DNA of 64,000 nt, taken from the NCBI RefSeq assembly GCF_009914755.1, contig NC_060930.1, one strand, 5' to 3'. The notes below the pieces were generated by a model, which saw nothing but the letters and a program-made list of their open reading frames with translations, was not told where the DNA came from and did not search any database. Below, one piece after another: positions 57,860 through 64,000 of this stretch. Both the position numbers and the translations under genes were made by a program. The DNA is from the human T2T-CHM13v2.0 reference genome, Homo sapiens. Numbering within the stretch: position 1 is the first letter of the stretch; each line of letters opens with the position of its first letter.

Positions 57860-58890
57860 AAGCACCTAACCAGGACAAAAACTCTACGTCCTCATCTCTT
57901 GTTAATATATACCCTCTCTTCCTAATTAATCTCATTCAAAAATAAAGTCTCAGTTAATAGTTATATAACAATGACTCCAAATTAATATATAGAATATATT
58001 ATCACCTTTGTATATTTGAAAGTAACTCAGCCTCTCTACTTGTATGTTTCAAAGATATTTCAACTCAACACATTCAGGGCTATTGTGTTCCTTCCTCCAC
58101 AGTTTGCTTCTCTTGCCGCACCCCTTTGTTCAGTCTATGGCGCCATGAAACTTGAAAGTCATCCTTGAAAAACTCCCTCTTCCTGTTTTTCCATATCTAA
58201 GCCATCGTCCAAACCACTAATTTAACTCTAAGTAACTCTCAAATGTGTTCACCCCTGTCTATCTTTATTCCTAGTTCAAACTAACAACACTCTGACTTGG
58301 GCAATGGTCACAACCTCCAACCATCGCCTTGTATTATATGGCCCACACCCAGTTGACCACACAGCAGCCAGCCTGTTCTCTTTGCACTGCTTCTGCCTGG
58401 AAACCTTCTATAAGCTTTTAGAGGCTTCCCATTGCTCCTAGAGGTCAAGATCCCAGGCCTGACTCTGGTTAAGAAGGTTCCCCCTATCTGGTCAATGTGT
58501 GCTTCACTGGTCTCAGGTCACATTTCTTTTCCTTTTGTCCTCCATGCTGTAGCCCCTGGAATTCTCTCAGTTTCTCTAAATACCATTCTCTTTTCCAAGA
58601 CTAGAATTTGGTAAATGTTATACTTTTTCTTTAAATGCTCTTCCTCTTGCCCCATTTTCATCTAATTATTTTATTTTCAGTTATACTTTAGATGTCGATT
58701 CAAATTTGCTTTCTTGGGGAACCCACCCCCTGAGACTAAGTCAGGCACTTTCACTTATCCACCCCCTGGGGAATCCCCATGAGCATAGAAAACTCTGGTT
58801 TTGCTCATCATTACATTCTCAGCGCATGGCATAGAGTTAGTAAGAACTTAAATATTTCTTGAAGGAAGAAACAAATATATGAATGAGAAT
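57860..58890 (+). mobile_element. L2 fragment
   Basis: ATGACTCCAAATT...CAACTCAACAC...CTTGAAAGTCATCCTTGA...CTTCCCATTGCTC...TGAATGA. Confidence 0.7.
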
Positions 58891-58939
58891 GGTCACTTTG
58901 GTTTTCTTGCAAAAACAAAATCAAGATAAAAGAAAGAGT

Positions 58940-61350
58940 ACTTGTTTGTCACTTTATCTCCTCTCTTTCCCAAGACCCAATGAAAACAATAGTATAAGTA
59001 AACACAAAAATGGTGTAAACCAACAATGAGAAATAGAACAGAAAGTGGGACACTCAACAAATGATGTTAACAAATTTTCAGAAGACTGAAATTAGGTGAT
59101 GAACTAGTAACTATTAAAATAAGGCAAAGGAAGATGCTGTACAGGACATACACGGAAAGGGAAGAAGAGGAAAGCTAATCTGTCCACTAGAAACCAGAGG
59201 ACCGGGGAGTTTGAAGTGCCACTATGGTGGAGAGTTGAAGTGAGGCATGGCATAAAAACAGAGATAATTCGAAAGATTTCAGATAAAACATGTTACTTCC
59301 CCCCACAGCCACCTCCCTCCTTCAACCTCTGCTTTCTCAGAAGGTCCAACTGTCTTGCACTTATCCCCATCCTAACCCCAGGTGAAAGTCAGAGAGAGAA
59401 AGTGCTCACACATGTGGGACAGAAAGGAAGAAGAAAGGAAGGAAGGACGGAAGGAAGGAAGGAAGGAAAGAAGGAAGGAGCCACCCTTCTCTGTATAAAA
59501 CTGAATATACTTTGGAAGAACCAGGGCAGTTTGCATGGGAATGGAAACTCAGATATTTAGGAGTCTCAAATTATAGTGTTTAGTGCCCCACCCGCAATGA
59601 TAATGTTTAGTGCCCTACCCACATACCTTAAAACAAAGCTTTCCAGTACAATAACTGTATCTGACGGAAACTCACTTGGCTTTTCTATTACCTCTTTCAT
59701 AAGTCAAATGGACAAGCAAGAACCACCAAGAAAAAAACCTGCAACATGGATGGAGAAAAGCCAAAATAAGCAAAAATGACTCCAGAAAAAACACAGGTAA
59801 TTCATCAACAAAAGGACTCAAAAAAAAAAAAGATTTCTTATTGCATCCTGACAGATATTGGAGAAGATATTTCATATATTGCATCTATAAAACAAATAAA
59901 AAACAACAACAAGATACTATTAAAAAGTAAAAATAAGAAAGCAAATGTGTTATGGGAAATTAAAACATGAATACTAAAAAATCTTCCAGAATATAAAACT
60001 AAAAGATAAGCAATAGAAAATAGAAGATAAAATGAGATAAAGATGATTACTCCAAGATATCCAACATAAGAGGGAGCAGAGATAATAGAGGGGAGGTGAT
60101 AATAAAAAATAATAATAGAAGAAATCTCCTACAGCTGAAGTACTTATTCAGTGAAAGTCCACAGATTGAAAGAGCCCATGGTGTGTCTGGCTCAATTAAT
60201 AAAAGAAAGACATATGCTGAGCCATATCATTATAAAACCTCAAAACAATAACTATAGAGAATATATTTAAATTTTTCACTGTGGAGATAAAAACAAATGT
60301 TTAAAAAGGAACAGAAGATAGACTATCATCAGAGTTATCAGCAGTACTTGGTGACAGAAAACAATGGAAGAAGATTTTCAAAATTCTGAAGGAAAATGAT
60401 TTTCCACCTTGGAATGCATGTACTCCAGCACAACCATCCATCAAATGTGAGGGAAAAGAAAGAAATACTTTCAGACACATAGGCAATCAGAAAATTTAAC
60501 TACCATGGTGCTTTCTGGTGAAATACCTTTAGGATACATTCCTACAAAAGAAAGAAACAGACCAAGAGGGAGAAAAATGACAGGCAACAATGGGTCTTTC
60601 TCAGAAGAGCAGTGAAGTAGAGTCCCAGGATGACAGGAGAACACCAGAACAGCAAACTGTACTCTGTGGCCCAGCAAGATGGCAGTCTCCAGACAAAAGA
60701 ACCAGGTGGGGGAAAAGTCCACAATGTCATAGACTGTACAATATGAACTTCGAACAAAATGTAAAATGAAACAAAGGTAAATGATGCAAGGAGGAAGAAG
60801 AAGCCAATTAGAAATTACAAGAAATAAACAATTGTAAAAGAAGAAAAACATAGATATAATGCACTACTTACCTCTCCAGTGAACGCTATTTACCTGATCA
60901 TAATGACATTAACACTGTCTATTCAATTTCTTATTTTAGAATCCATTTATGGACCAACTATGAAAGCACTGTGGTTATAGAGTACAATGTAAGTGGAATG
61001 AAGCTCATTAAAAGTGAAAGTACAGTGACGAAAGGTGGCAGGTGGAAGGGAAATTTGGAGAACTGAAGGGTAGAGTGGGGGTCCTGTCCATGTTGTGTGG
61101 AGTGGAAACAAAAGATACTCTCTATAGTTGGAGAAACAAGGAATCAAGGTTGTGTAAATCTTAAAATTGCAGGAATTAAAGCAATAGATAGAAGATAAAA
61201 TTTTTAATTGAAATACACTAGAAGGCAGGGGAATGTAAGAAAGCTTAGTAAAAATGAGCTAAGTACTCCTCTATCATAGTAAGAAGTCAATAAAGAATAT
61301 AAAAATTGATAAATCTTGGAATAGATATATAAGCACATTTTGGAAATATC
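58940..61350 (+). mobile_element. HAL1 or ancient L1 ORF1-like element, with a (GGAA)n tract at 59425-59480
   Basis: ORF1 C-terminal-like TTCAAAATTCTGAAGGAAAATGATTTTCCACC...TTTCAGACA; subfamily uncertain. Confidence 0.6.
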
Positions 61351-61487
61351 TTAACAGTGTACAAGCTGTGTAACTGCCAAGTTAGTTAACCCCAGTATGC
61401 CTCAGTTTCTTCATCTTTAAAATGAGAATAATAATAGTACATATCTCATGGTGCTTGTGATGATTAAATGAGTCAATATATGTAATC

Positions 61488-64000
<2,513 letters not shown>

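Overview
AT-rich, repeat-dense primate (very probably human) genomic DNA with no intact protein-coding gene. Interspersed repeats include an MLT1 MaLR provirus, a full-length Tigger2 interrupted by a twin-primed L1PA, many Alu/L1/L2/MIR/MER fragments, a 5'-truncated HERV-S/HERVL18 provirus (gag-pro-pol-env plus 3' LTR18) and an L1PA running off the right edge. The main signal is a minus-strand chain of splice-bounded, phase-compatible exon remnants (core about 57.8 kb to 27.3 kb, weaker candidates to 14.4 kb). They translate into a large helical protein that appears to contain several RGS-like repeats, disrupted by stops, a few frameshifts and splice-site lesions. This looks like a decayed, unprocessed (possibly unitary) pseudogene whose 5' end probably lies beyond the window; I cannot name it. 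Secondary signals are a 131-bp identical tract shared by two inverted L1 copies 53 kb apart, a short L1 3' transduction, and many apparent Trp-to-stop changes in the ERV. Repeat subfamily calls come from remembered consensus sequences, not from a search, and boundaries of old repeats are approximate.
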